From: Candidatus Bathyarchaeota archaeon
GTDB taxonomy: Archaea > Thermoproteota > Bathyarchaeia > 40CM-2-53-6
Assembly (NCBI GenBank): GCA_963726255.1
Contig: CAVSBL010000002.1
Coordinates: 1,664,001 to 1,728,000 of the forward strand
Reading direction: 5' to 3'
DNA: 64,000 nucleotides
Shown here: in pieces, positions 20,633 to 30,764 of the stretch
Layout: every line of letters starts with the position of its first letter
Position numbering within the stretch: position 1 is the first letter of the stretch
Notes under the pieces: generated by a model
Seen by the model: only the letters and a program-made list of their open reading frames with translations
What the model was told of the DNA's origin: nothing
Database searches by the model: none
Program-made: the position numbers and the translations under genes

Positions 20633-22092
20633 AGGAAAGCTGCGGCGTCGTCGGAGCCATAAAAAGCGGCTCGGACGTGTCCCACAACATTTGGCTTGGG
20701 CTATTGGCTTTACAGCACCGCGGGCAGGAAGCATGCGGGTTCTATACATTCGACAAGAAGAAGTTCTATCATCGAAAACAACTGGGGCTTGTCGGCAACT
20801 TTGAAACTTTCAACGGACTGAAGGGTAGTCTCGGAATAGGGCATGTCAGATATTCCACTGTAGGTCAGCCAGCAAACGAAGAAACACTTTGTGACCCACA
20901 GAAACTGGAGGAATTCGCGCAACCCTACTTCTCCGACCGGCCGAAAGGTGGACTTGCCCTCTGCCATAACGGCAACCTCGTCAATTTCTCACAGCTTTGC
21001 ACTGACTTGCGTTCAAACGGAACATTCCTTTCGGCAACCTGCGACGCAGAAGTCATGCTAAAGACCTTATCCGAAGAACTTTCCAGCGGTGTCGACGTTG
21101 AGAAGGCGGTCATGAATTGCGTCTCGAGATTCGAAGGCGCTTACTCCACGCTCGTTTTGACAGGGAATGGTGAGCTAATCGCCTTCAGGGACCCTGAAGG
21201 TTTTCACCCACTCTGCTTTGGGGAGGCCGATGGACTCTTTATGTTCGCCTCAGAAACCGTTGCCTTAGACATCAATGGTATACATGACCACTCGAACGTG
21301 AACCCTGGAGAGCTAGTGATTGCGCGGGAAAACGAGCCACTAGTCAGAAAGCAGCTCAAAGCACAGAACAATCACGCGCGGTGCATGTTTGAGTACGTAT
21401 ATTTCAGTCGACCAGATTCGACAATCGACGGTAAGGATGTGTACCTGGTCCGGGTCAAGCTAGGCAGAAACCTTGCGCGCACTTACAAGACACACGCAGA
21501 TGTGATTGTCCCAGTCCCTGATACTGCACGCCCTGCAGCAGAGGGAATATCACGAGAGACCGGGATCCCAGTTTTCGAGGGCCTGATCAAGAACAGGTAC
21601 ATCGGTAGAACATTCATCATGCCCAACCAAGAGGGGAGGGATAACGCGGTTAGGCTGAAACTCAACGCGGTGCGGGCTGTTGTAGAAGGCAAGAACATTC
21701 TCTTAGTAGACGACAGCATCGTCCGCGGCACGACGATGAAGAAGATTGTGAACTTGCTCAAGGAAGCGGGTGCAAGCCGCGTCGAGGTCTGGGTCACATG
21801 CCCACCCATCAAATCCCCGTGTTTCTACGGGATTGATATGTCAACTCATTCCGAACTAATTGCCTCATCAAAATCGGTGGAAGAAATCCGCCGAGCGGTA
21901 GGCGCTGATGTAGTCTGCTACCAGACCTTGGATGGGTTGTTGGATGCGATAGGCTTTCCAAAGCAGGAAACTTGCCTCGCATGCCTGACAGGTGTTTACC
22001 CGACCCCTCTGGCCCAATCACTAGCCGATGAAATGCGGCCGAAAACTGATGATCAGTATGCTAATGCTACGCCCTGGAAGAGGGAGACTTGA
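20620..22092 (+). CDS. purF: Amidophosphoribosyltransferase
   Basis: Propeptide plus CGVVG, LQHRGQE, GHVRYST, FEYVYFSRPDS, VDDSIVRGTT, Fe-S cysteines (CFYGID, CLAC). Confidence 0.96.
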   Translation: MAEVKESCGVVGAIKSGSDVSHNIWLGLLALQHRGQEACGFYTFDKKKFYHRKQLGLVGNFETFNGLKGSLGIGHVRYSTVGQPANEETLCDPQKLEEFAQPYFSDRPKGGLALCHNGNLVNFSQLCTDLRSNGTFLSATCDAEVMLKTLSEELSSGVDVEKAVMNCVSRFEGAYSTLVLTGNGELIAFRDPEGFHPLCFGEADGLFMFASETVALDINGIHDHSNVNPGELVIARENEPLVRKQLKAQNNHARCMFEYVYFSRPDSTIDGKDVYLVRVKLGRNLARTYKTHADVIVPVPDTARPAAEGISRETGIPVFEGLIKNRYIGRTFIMPNQEGRDNAVRLKLNAVRAVVEGKNILLVDDSIVRGTTMKKIVNLLKEAGASRVEVWVTCPPIKSPCFYGIDMSTHSELIASSKSVEEIRRAVGADVVCYQTLDGLLDAIGFPKQETCLACLTGVYPTPLAQSLADEMRPKTDDQYANATPWKRET

Positions 22093-23477
22093 CTAGGGTA
22101 CTGCTTGTTGGGTCTGGAGCAAGGGAACATGCCATCGCTGTAGCACTCGCGAAATCGCCGAATGCCGACTTGTATGCGGCCATGAGCACTAGCAATCCCG
22201 GCATAACGAAACTTGCAAGAGATGCAACAATCCTACAGATCAGTGACGCGCAAGCTGTGTCGGATTACGCGAAACAAGTTCACATCGAATTGGCTGTAAT
22301 CGGCCCCGAGGCGCCGCTCGTTAATGGAGTGGTGGATTCCCTTACGGAGCAGGGCATTGCATGCGTCGGACCAACACAAAGGCTCGCTCTCTTAGAGGGA
22401 GACAAGAGTTTCTGCCGGAACCTTCTGAGCAAGTACGGCATAGCGGGTAACCCCCTATTCCGCGTCTTCACGGAACCCGATTCCGCCGAAGCATTTCTAA
22501 GGACCGCGGGGCCCGTCGCGATAAAACCTGCTGGGTTGACCGGTGGGAAGGGAGTCAAAGTTACAGGGGAAGATCTTCCAAGTAAGCAGGATGAGGTGGC
22601 TTATGCTAAGGAGATTCTCCGAAACAAGATTGGCGGTAGTCAGCGGCTCGTAATTGAGGAGCGGCTCAATGGTGAAGAGTATTCACTCCAAGCCTTTGTC
22701 GACGGTCATGACGTGCACCCCATGCCCATCGTTCAAGACCATAAACGTGCATACGAAAATGATACTGGGCCAAACACGGGCGGTATGGGCAGTTACAGCG
22801 ATCGAGACCACTTACTCCCGTTTGTTTCACCGGAAAACTTCGAAGCAGGCTCTAGAATAATGACCGATGTCATTCGTGCACTGAATAAGGAGACTGGTGA
22901 AGAGTACAAGGGGTTATTGTACGGTCAATTCATGTTAGCTCGAAGCCTGCACGAGGAGAAGCCAAGCCCGAAACTCATCGAATTCAATTGCCGTTTCGGC
23001 GACCCGGAAGCCATGAACGTCCTGCCAATACTCTCTGAGGAAACTGACTTCATGGAGGTATGTGAGCGCATAGCTGAGGGGAGTTTGAAGTCGAAATACT
23101 TCTCATTCCAGCCTAAGGCTACTGTTTGCAAGTATCTCGTCCCAGTCACCTATCCCGACCATGTTGCTGCTCCTCAAATGGTGGATGTTGACGAGGAAAC
23201 ATTTGGGCAGAATGCGCGCCTCTTCTACGCTAGCGTGGACGTGAAGAATGGTTGCATAACCACTACGGGGTCTCGGACGTTAGCCGTCGTGGGGATAGCT
23301 GAGACGATAAGGGAAGCGGAACAAATAGCTGAAGGCGCGACGGCAAATGTTCAAGGCCCGTTGCGCCACCGCCATGACATTGGGACAGAAGAGTTGATTC
23401 AGAAGCGTATCGAGCACATGAAATCTCTCGGCGCAAGTACATCAACCGCAAGCTCACCTGAAATGGGGATAGCATGA
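22089..23477 (+). CDS. purD: Phosphoribosylamine-glycine ligase
   Basis: GSGAREHA, IGPEAPL, QDHKR, GPNTGGMG, EFNCRFGDPE. Confidence 0.96.
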   Translation: MTRVLLVGSGAREHAIAVALAKSPNADLYAAMSTSNPGITKLARDATILQISDAQAVSDYAKQVHIELAVIGPEAPLVNGVVDSLTEQGIACVGPTQRLALLEGDKSFCRNLLSKYGIAGNPLFRVFTEPDSAEAFLRTAGPVAIKPAGLTGGKGVKVTGEDLPSKQDEVAYAKEILRNKIGGSQRLVIEERLNGEEYSLQAFVDGHDVHPMPIVQDHKRAYENDTGPNTGGMGSYSDRDHLLPFVSPENFEAGSRIMTDVIRALNKETGEEYKGLLYGQFMLARSLHEEKPSPKLIEFNCRFGDPEAMNVLPILSEETDFMEVCERIAEGSLKSKYFSFQPKATVCKYLVPVTYPDHVAAPQMVDVDEETFGQNARLFYASVDVKNGCITTTGSRTLAVVGIAETIREAEQIAEGATANVQGPLRHRHDIGTEELIQKRIEHMKSLGASTSTASSPEMGIA

Positions 23478-24231
23478 ATCGCTTGGCGGTCTTCGCATCG
23501 GGCCGTGGCTCTAACTTCAGGGCCATTGCAGACCACGCCCGGCTCGAAGTCCTTGAAGATGTTGAGCTCAGTCTGCTGGTCACAAACGATCCCAAGGCGC
23601 CAGCGATTCAGATCGCCCAAGAATACTCCGTTCCTTACGTCATCTTGGAAGGAGTTTTCGGGAGGAAATTCGCTACAAAACAGGAGAAGGAGAATGCCCG
23701 AAACGAATTCGACAAAAGAGTCTGCGGGGTACTTGAGCAGCACCGTATCAACCTCGTGGCCCTGCGGGCTTCATGCAAGTTCTAGGACGTACGATGGTCG
23801 AGGCGTACAGGTTTCGTATCATGAACATTCATCCCGCGAAGGACATGGTGAGGTTCGGCGGTCCGGGTATGTTCGGCGAACGCGTTCATGCCGCCGTGCT
23901 TCAGGCGGGTGAGAATGAGTCAGGTTGCTCAGTGCATTACGTTGATGAAAGTGTAGACGGCGGCCCAATCATTCTCCAGAGCACTGTCCCAGTCAAACCG
24001 GACGATACGCCTGAATCCTTGGCAGGCAGAATATTGGTGCAAGAACATCGGACTTATTCAAAGGCGATTCAACTCCACGCGGACGAACGAATCGCTGTGC
24101 ATGATGGGAAAGTTGTAGTTGATTGGGGCAGAAACTGGGAGGACCGGTGGAATCGAAGGCAAGAAGCCTTTATCCAACATCAAGCTGAACAAGCTTCAAA
24201 CAAAGAGCTGTTGCTCGAGCATCCAACCTGA
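23474..24231 (+). pseudogene. purN: Phosphoribosylglycinamide formyltransferase with a 1-nt frameshift near 23764 (possibly a sequencing error)
   Basis: ASGRGSN in frame 1. Adding one base gives LVALAGFMQVLG, continuing to NIHP...HYVDESVDGGPII. Confidence 0.88.
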
Positions 24232-24245
24232 GGAACGTGTGCACC

Positions 24246-24641
24246 TTGGCTGATGTTGCCGTCTCAATAGTGATAGGGTCAAAAAGCGACTCGGAAGTCG
24301 CTAAACGCGCAGAGCAAGTCCTTGACTCGCTGGGAGTAACACATGAGACCCAGGTCATCTCAGCCCACAGGAATCACAAGGAACTGGACGAGTACATCGC
24401 CTCAAGCAAAGCCAAGGTATTCATAGCGATCGCTGGCCTTGCAGCACACCTGCCTGGCTACATAGCCTCAAGAACTGAGCGGCCCGTCATCGGTGTCCCA
24501 GTCAACAAAGCACTGGGCGGCTTGGACGCACTCCTTTCCATCGTGCAAATGCCTCGTGGAGTCCCGGTATGCGCGGTGGGAATAGATGGAGCTGAGAACG
24601 CCGCCTACCTCGCTAAGAGAATTCTCGATGTTTCGAAATGA
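24246..24641 (+). CDS. purE: AIR carboxylase/N5-CAIR mutase
   Basis: [34 protein letters not shown]. Confidence 0.95.
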   Translation: MADVAVSIVIGSKSDSEVAKRAEQVLDSLGVTHETQVISAHRNHKELDEYIASSKAKVFIAIAGLAAHLPGYIASRTERPVIGVPVNKALGGLDALLSIVQMPRGVPVCAVGIDGAENAAYLAKRILDVSK

Positions 24642-24650
24642 GAGTGCGCC

Positions 24651-25670
24651 ACGTCGCCCCGCACATATGCTGAAGCAGGTGTTGACGTAACCCGGGTTTC
24701 GCAAATCCAGAAAGGCATCGAAACAGCGCTGTCGAAAACCTTCCAAACTCGAAGGGGAAAACTGGGGCGAGTTCTTGGAATTCGTGAACACTATGCGGCT
24801 CTGATAGAAATCAGCCAAGACTATGCGCTAGCATTACACACTGACAATGTTGGGACAAAGGTTCTTGTTGCAGAAGCTTGCGCGAAGTACGACACGGTCG
24901 GAATAGATTGTGTCGCGATGAACGTGAACGACATAATCTGCGTCGGCGCCGAGCCGCTTGCCATGGTTGACTATTTGGCGCTCGAGAAACCAAGGCCAAG
25001 AGTTGTCGCGGAAATAATGAAAGGACTGCAAAAGGGCGCGCGCGAAGCAGGTGTCGCAATAGTCGGGGGTGAGACCGCAATCGTTCCTGACCTTGTGCGA
25101 GGCTTTGACCTGTCGGGGACCGTGGTTGGCATCGTGAAGAAGGACAGCATCATTACCGGCGAGCAAGCTGAACCTGGAGATGCTGTTCTTGGATTGGCAA
25201 GTAGCGGCATCCATAGCAACGGCCTGACTCTGGCGAGAAAAACTCTACTGGTTCCCAGAGCGGACCCGAAGATTGTGAGAGAATTGATTCGCCCTACAAG
25301 GATCTACGTTAAGGAAATCTCTAGGCTGCTCAGATCGAACTTGGAGATCCATGGATTGGCGCACATAACGGGAGGGGCTTACTCTAAACTGAAGAGGATC
25401 GGGCAACGGGCGAAGGTCGGATTTCAATTAGATAACCTACCGGAACCGCCTTGGGTATTCAAGACGATTCAATCTAGGGCACGTGTCTCGGAGCGGGAGA
25501 TGTACCGCACGTTCAACATGGGAATCGGCTTCTTAGTAATCTGCCCTAGGCAAGCTGCAAGACAAGCTAGAAACCTGCTCCCTGGATTCAGACAGATTGG
25601 TCACGTGACAAGTTCGAGGGGAGTCACCGTCAGGGCGAGCGGCAAGGAATTCTCGGTCATCAAATACTAG
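24651..25670 (+). CDS. purM: AIR synthetase (apparent ACG start)
   Basis: The conserved N-terminus TYAEAGVD...HTDNVGTK is in frame upstream of the track's ATG 24918. DCVAMNVND, GGETA, SSGIHSNG, HITGG, TFNMGIG. Confidence 0.93.
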   Translation, partial: TSPRTYAEAGVDVTRVSQIQKGIETALSKTFQTRRGKLGRVLGIREHYAALIEISQDYALALHTDNVGTKVLVAEACAKYDTVGIDCVAMNVNDIICVGAEPLAMVDYLALEKPRPRVVAEIMKGLQKGAREAGVAIVGGETAIVPDLVRGFDLSGTVVGIVKKDSIITGEQAEPGDAVLGLASSGIHSNGLTLARKTLLVPRADPKIVRELIRPTRIYVKEISRLLRSNLEIHGLAHITGGAYSKLKRIGQRAKVGFQLDNLPEPPWVFKTIQSRARVSEREMYRTFNMGIGFLVICPRQAARQARNLLPGFRQIGHVTSSRGVTVRASGKEFSVIKY

Positions 25671-25673
25671 AGC

Positions 25674-26426
25674 TTAGACGGAGCGTTCGATGGCCAGCGC
25701 ATAGAGTCCCGCTCCGGCTAAGATGAACACAGCGGAGAACACTAAGAGTTCCATCCAGCTGAACAAAGTTACTGGCGGAGTTCCCATCAGGTAACCTCTC
25801 AGAAGATTTGAGATTGCGCTGAGAGGGTTGGCTTCCGCGAAAACGACTAGGGCCCCACCGAAAAGCTGTTGAAGAACTGTTATCGGGTAGAAGACTGTGC
25901 TGCAGAAAATCAGTAGCAGGTAGATCAGGCTTCGTGCCGTTGTAAATCGTTCGAAACTCCTCAAGATGACCGCTAAGCTGATTGCTAGGCCTGAAATCCC
26001 CATGCCGAGTAGGAACATTGCAAATATGATTAGCCCTAGTTGTGGAATCGATGGAAACGTTAGAATCCACATCGCCAAGACAAGAAGGGAGATTGCGTAG
26101 ATTAGCCCCCTGAGGCCGCCCGCTATCATGCGCCCGATAATAAGCTCGAAACGTCTAACTGGCAGGCTTAGAAGGTACTGGTTGTAGCCTCGTCTAGTCT
26201 CATTGTTCACTTCTCTACCGATCACGAAGGCGGCGGCAAACAGGCCGACGGCAACAATTCCCGGCGCTACGAATTTGAAGTAGTCGAACGAAACCATCTG
26301 CGTGTAAACAACCGCCATGATGAGCAAATCTGCAAGGTTCATGCTGATCAGGCCAGCCGTGAAAAACCGGTACTTGAAGAAAGTTCGGAAGTCGTGCTCT
26401 ATTATCGCTTTCAAGCCGGTTAACAT
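25674..26426 (-). CDS. ABC-2 type exporter permease
   Basis: 6-TM pattern, FVAPG, LLSLPVRR, STVFYP, NPLS. Confidence 0.85.
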   Translation of the reverse strand: MLTGLKAIIEHDFRTFFKYRFFTAGLISMNLADLLIMAVVYTQMVSFDYFKFVAPGIVAVGLFAAAFVIGREVNNETRRGYNQYLLSLPVRRFELIIGRMIAGGLRGLIYAISLLVLAMWILTFPSIPQLGLIIFAMFLLGMGISGLAISLAVILRSFERFTTARSLIYLLLIFCSTVFYPITVLQQLFGGALVVFAEANPLSAISNLLRGYLMGTPPVTLFSWMELLVFSAVFILAGAGLYALAIERSV

Positions 26427-26430
26427 GGAA

Positions 26431-27189
26431 TCATCTCCAGTTTCCCCCTTCGAGATTCCGTTCGTAAATCATCACTCCGGCGAAGTTGAACGTCATGAGG
26501 AAGATTACTAGAACAATCAATGCAACCGCCGGATTTGCTAGGTAGCTGATGTCGAAGTTCAGTGACCAGCGGAAGAGGTCTGCGGCATAGCTGAGTGGAT
26601 TGAACTTTGACAGGGCCGCTATAGGGCCTGGCATGAAGGCCTGCGGGTACAGAGCTGTACTCAGTCGAACGATGAATGCGTCAAGTGCTCCCATTATGAT
26701 GTCGAACTTGTCTCCAGACCTCAATCCAACCGCTAGAGTGATACTCAAACCTGAAACGCCGAACGCAAACCCGTAGAGAGCTACTAGTGCAGTCAAGATT
26801 TTCAGGGGATCCAAGACCCCGATGAAGAACAGAAAACCTGCAATGATAGGGGACATGAAGATGAAGCTCCTAAGCCCACCAGCAAGAGACCGCCCGAGTA
26901 CTAGCTCACGACGCGTTATCGGTAGGCTCAGAAGATATTCCACGAAGCCGTCGTCAGCTTCGTCGTATATTTCGTACCCTGTAAAGATTGCTACAGAGTA
27001 CATGGTCATCACGATGACGCCCATCGCGTAGTAATTGTAGTAGTTTGGCATTACGACAACCAGCCGCGACACCGCAAGGCCGAAAATTCCAATTTGGACG
27101 ATGACGAAGAACCAACGCATAATCAGTATACTTTTGTGTCGAACCAGTGAGCGCAGATCGCGTTCGATCACGAGGAGTATCTTGCTCAC
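26431..27189 (-). CDS. ABC-2 type exporter permease
   Basis: LLSLPITR, STALYP, NPLSYAAD. Paralog of the neighbouring permease. Confidence 0.85.
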   Translation of the reverse strand: MSKILLVIERDLRSLVRHKSILIMRWFFVIVQIGIFGLAVSRLVVVMPNYYNYYAMGVIVMTMYSVAIFTGYEIYDEADDGFVEYLLSLPITRRELVLGRSLAGGLRSFIFMSPIIAGFLFFIGVLDPLKILTALVALYGFAFGVSGLSITLAVGLRSGDKFDIIMGALDAFIVRLSTALYPQAFMPGPIAALSKFNPLSYAADLFRWSLNFDISYLANPAVALIVLVIFLMTFNFAGVMIYERNLEGGNWR

Positions 27190-28151
27190 GGTGAAGCCAC
27201 ACTGGGGGTTGCTTGCGATTCTTCCAGGACGGTGCCGGCGTAATGAAAGAAGACATCGTCTAGGGAGGGTTCTTTCATGTTGATCGAGTTGATTCCGACG
27301 CCAAGGGTGGAGAGGAGTTGCATTATCTTGGGCAGCATCTTCTCTGCTCGGTTGAGGTAGATGCGCATGTGAGTTGGTTCTACAATTGCAAGGTCGACGA
27401 TTCCAGCTATACCCTTCAGCTCAGCCACCGCCCTGTTCTCAACAGGTGCTTCGAGCTTGATGTCGATGACATCACCCCCGGGTATACTGTCTTTGAGGTT
27501 TCGCGGCGTGTCGCATACCCTGAGTCGGCCATGGTACAATATTGCTACTCGGTCGGAAAGCCGGTCTGCTTCGCCGAGCTCGTTTGTGGCCAGAATGATT
27601 GTGGAACCCTCATCGCGTAGGGAACGAATCTTCTCCCATATCTGGTACTTGCCAGCAATATCGATTTGAGCTGTAGGTTCATCCACGATGGCGACCTTTG
27701 GTTTCTGAATGAGCACCTTGGCGACTTCGACCCGTTTCTTCATTCCACCGGATAATTCATTGGCGAGTTTCTTTCTGGCGTCCCAGAGGTTAAACTCCTT
27801 AAGAATTGCCTCCACGGCGTGCCTTGGGTTCTTGACGCCGCATACCTTTGCATGCCAGTTCAAGATTTCCCAAGGGGTATTCATCCACAGGAGTTTCGCT
27901 TCTTGAAAGGCGATTCCAATCATTTCTCTTGCTTCGTACGGCCTTTTGCGAATGTCGTAGCCTCCGACTTCTGCGGTGCCCTCGGTCGGTTTGATTATTG
28001 TTGACAACATCATTAGGATTGAACTTTTCCCAGCACCGTTGGGGCCGAGTAATCCGAGAATCTCCCCCTCCTGGACATCCAGGTTCAGGTGGTCCACTGC
28101 CAGCGTCGACCCGTACCTTTTAGTCAGCCCAATAATGCGCACTATAGCCAG
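27186..28151 (-). CDS. ABC exporter ATP-binding protein (DrrA-like)
   Basis: GPNGAGKS, LSGGMKKR, DEPT, EPSLDDVF. CTG 28151 lies 7 nt after GAGGTG (alternative start GTG 28142). Confidence 0.9.
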   Translation of the reverse strand: MAIVRIIGLTKRYGSTLAVDHLNLDVQEGEILGLLGPNGAGKSSILMMLSTIIKPTEGTAEVGGYDIRKRPYEAREMIGIAFQEAKLLWMNTPWEILNWHAKVCGVKNPRHAVEAILKEFNLWDARKKLANELSGGMKKRVEVAKVLIQKPKVAIVDEPTAQIDIAGKYQIWEKIRSLRDEGSTIILATNELGEADRLSDRVAILYHGRLRVCDTPRNLKDSIPGGDVIDIKLEAPVENRAVAELKGIAGIVDLAIVEPTHMRIYLNRAEKMLPKIMQLLSTLGVGINSINMKEPSLDDVFFHYAGTVLEESQATPSVASP

Positions 28152-28384
28152 AGCGAAACACCTCGAAGGGAGTTCGAAAAACCTCAGCCTAAGGAGTTGA
28201 ATTTACGCATAGCGAAAGTTTTCATTAAACAAAATTAATGGGGCCCTTTCTTCTTCTTACCAAGGGCGTTTACGTCGGTTTCACTCACAGGAACGCGCAA
28301 GCAGTCATAAAAGACATGTCCAAACCGCAAATCCATTCTGAAGAGATTAGCGCTCCCATCCAAGCCTGAATTCCTGCGCAACCC

Positions 28385-28975
28385 CTAACGCTTCGAGACA
28401 TACTGGTTGCCTCTTATGTGGAACCTCCACAGAAGATCTGTTCCACGACTGATTCCCACACGGGCAGACCTGGTAATCTCGAATTGCGTCTCGTCGGCGT
28501 CTGCAACAAAAAGGGGGCCCGGCTTCGTCATATCCACCTCATTGAGTGCTCTGTCTATGCCTAGGGCTTTCGTTAACTTGCCTGGCCCGTTGGTTAGGTT
28601 TGGGTCCGAAACATTCGGCCGTAGGCGCCTCATGGCTTGCAATCCCTCAACGGGTTCTACTGCTCGAATCAATACGGCGCCAGGTGTGCCAGTTGCCTGT
28701 GTGGTAATGTTTAGGCAGTAGTGGTTTCCGTATGTGAAGTAGATGTAAGCGTGGCCTGGTTCTCCGAACATTGGGGCGTTCCTGGGCGTCGGTCCGCGAA
28801 AGGCATGGCTCGCTGGATCATCCAGACCTCGATAGGCCTCAACCTCTACGATCCTCCCGCCCATTCTACTCCTACCCCTGACTCGTACCAAACGTTTGCC
28901 GAGGAGACACTTTGCGACCCTTACTGTGTCACGTGCGTAGAACTTGCGTGGAAGCACCCGTAGCTTCATGGCCAT
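28385..28975 (-). CDS. mpg: 3-methyladenine DNA glycosylase (AAG/MPG family)
   Basis: IVEVEAY.G..DPASH, YIYFTYGNHYCLNI, AVLIRA.EP, NGPGKL, RVGIS. Confidence 0.93.
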   Translation of the reverse strand: MAMKLRVLPRKFYARDTVRVAKCLLGKRLVRVRGRSRMGGRIVEVEAYRGLDDPASHAFRGPTPRNAPMFGEPGHAYIYFTYGNHYCLNITTQATGTPGAVLIRAVEPVEGLQAMRRLRPNVSDPNLTNGPGKLTKALGIDRALNEVDMTKPGPLFVADADETQFEITRSARVGISRGTDLLWRFHIRGNQYVSKR

Positions 28976-29078
28976 CCCTGAACCGACGTCTCTCCGGGAG
29001 TACTTATTCAAGGGAAAACTTAACTGTAAACCGCCGATTTGGCGGGTCGAATCAATTTAGTCTCTGGTTAGCGGGATT

Positions 29079-29630
29079 ATGGACAAGAATAGAATGCAGG
29101 CACTGACGAAGTCGCTCCTCGAAGAGATTGGTGAGAACCCCAGGCGTGAAGGGCTCCAGGATACTCCGAGGCGCGTCACCGAAATGTATGCTGAACTGAC
29201 TGAAGGGTATTCCATGAACCCTAAACAAATTCTTGCGAGGGAATGGAATGAGGTCAGCGGTATGGTCGTGGCGAAGGAAATCAGCTTTTTCTCGTTGTGT
29301 GAGCATCATTTGCTTCCATTTTATGGGAAGGTACACATTGGCTATATTCCTTCAAAGGCCGTCGTGGGGCTTTCGAAACTGGTGAGGTTGGTGGATTGCT
29401 TCAGCAAGCGGCTTCAACTCCAGGAGCGTATGACAAAACAGCTTGCGGACGCCCTAAACGAAAACTTACACCCGCGCGGCGTCGTCGTGGTTGTTCAGGC
29501 CCGACATTTGTGCATGGAAATGAGGGGCGTAAAGAGCGGCGCTGACATCCTCACGTCGGAGATCCGCGGCCAGTTTGAGAAATTTGAGACAAGGAACGAG
29601 TTCTTCAACATGCTACGCAAGGAGGTTTAG
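29079..29630 (+). CDS. folE: GTP cyclohydrolase I (type IA)
   Basis: REGLQDTPRRV, SLCEHHLLPF, GLSKL.R, RLQLQER, HLCMEMRGV. Confidence 0.95.
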   Translation: MDKNRMQALTKSLLEEIGENPRREGLQDTPRRVTEMYAELTEGYSMNPKQILAREWNEVSGMVVAKEISFFSLCEHHLLPFYGKVHIGYIPSKAVVGLSKLVRLVDCFSKRLQLQERMTKQLADALNENLHPRGVVVVVQARHLCMEMRGVKSGADILTSEIRGQFEKFETRNEFFNMLRKEV

Positions 29631-29635
29631 GCAAG

Positions 29636-29971
29636 CTGTCCTCTGCCCAGCCCGATATTGCACGCCTATACCGGCGTGAGTTCGCCTCAGCGCACATAAT
29701 CGCTGGACACCCACGCTGCGGCCGGTTGCACGGGCACAACTACCAGCTTCTTGCGAAGGTCTACGGGAAGAGTGATGAATGGCTAGACTTCGAGGACATC
29801 AAGAAGCAAGTGGACCAATTCATCGACGAGAAGTATGACCACCATGACATTGGAAACATGTCGTGTGAGAAATTGGCACGGCAGTTACAAGAACAACTCA
29901 GTATCTTCTTCAAGACCACCGTCAAAATTGAGCTATGGGAGACTGGAAAGTTCGGCGTCGAGACGGTGTAA
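29636..29971 (+). CDS. queD: 6-carboxytetrahydropterin synthase (apparent CTG start)
   Basis: F..AH...GHPRCGRLHGHNY extends upstream of the track's start. DF..IK, DH, E.LA, WET motifs. Confidence 0.88.
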   Translation: MSSAQPDIARLYRREFASAHIIAGHPRCGRLHGHNYQLLAKVYGKSDEWLDFEDIKKQVDQFIDEKYDHHDIGNMSCEKLARQLQEQLSIFFKTTVKIELWETGKFGVETV

Positions 29972-30008
29972 AAAAGACTACAAACTCGGCAATCTTTGGG
30001 ACCCTGGC

Positions 30009-30428
30009 CTAGTACTTTTCTACTTCTCCGCGTACGTGTCCTGCCTTCAGTAGGGCGAAGTGGTGTACGTCCGTTGGGACCCGAAGCTTCCCCGTGTTAT
30101 GGATATGCTCGATCTTCTGGAAAGCTTCCCGGTCAACGTCCTTATCGAAAGTTAGTTCACCACTGTTCTCCAGATGAAAGTTTCCGAGCTCCTTATGCAG
30201 GCCCATGATGTCGGCCTTGGACAGAAGGACGGAGCCGGCGATCACTAGCTTCTTCGTGTCAAAGACGTCCTGGCTTTCCGATGAAGATTCCTGCATATAC
30301 TGCTGCAAGGCCTCGTTTACGAGCTCAGCCACGTTCTTGCCCTGTTGTCTAGCTTTTGCTATCACGCCGTTGTAGATATCCCGGTCCAACCCGCGAATCA
30401 AGACAGCATTGTTTCCCATGATAGCCAA
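30009..30428 (-). CDS. Hypothetical protein with N-terminal ribbon-helix-helix
   Basis: 'VLIRGLDRDIYNGVIAKARQQGKNVAELVNEALQQY' RHH pattern plus a beta-rich C-terminal part. Confidence 0.7.
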   Translation of the reverse strand: MAIMGNNAVLIRGLDRDIYNGVIAKARQQGKNVAELVNEALQQYMQESSSESQDVFDTKKLVIAGSVLLSKADIMGLHKELGNFHLENSGELTFDKDVDREAFQKIEHIHNTGKLRVPTDVHHFALLKAGHVRGEVEKY

Positions 30429-30587
30429 CTCACAAGGTTACTGTGCTTAATCTGATATCCAGCTTACATTGATTACATAGCTTTCTTATAAATCTTGTTA
30501 ATTCTTTTAACACCCTTAACATGTAGTACATGCTTGCCTCGTTTGCTTCGGCAAACAAGGCACACGGGCCAGAATGAAAAGAAGGAA

Positions 30588-30764
30588 ATGAAATTGGTCG
30601 AAGACCTCGAAAAGTTACTGTTCGAAGAAATCCCCGAGATGGAGACCCCGAGAATCAGGAGATGCGAATGGTGCCACGAACCGCTCCCAAACGACCGCTA
30701 TCACCTGAAGATCTGCCCCCAGTGCAGAAAAGACTCCATAGCCACTTTCATGAAAGTACATTAG
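30588..30764 (+). CDS. Small zinc-finger protein, 58 aa
   Basis: CEWC...CPQC pairs. ATG 30588 after AAGGA. Confidence 0.55.
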   Translation: MKLVEDLEKLLFEEIPEMETPRIRRCEWCHEPLPNDRYHLKICPQCRKDSIATFMKVH

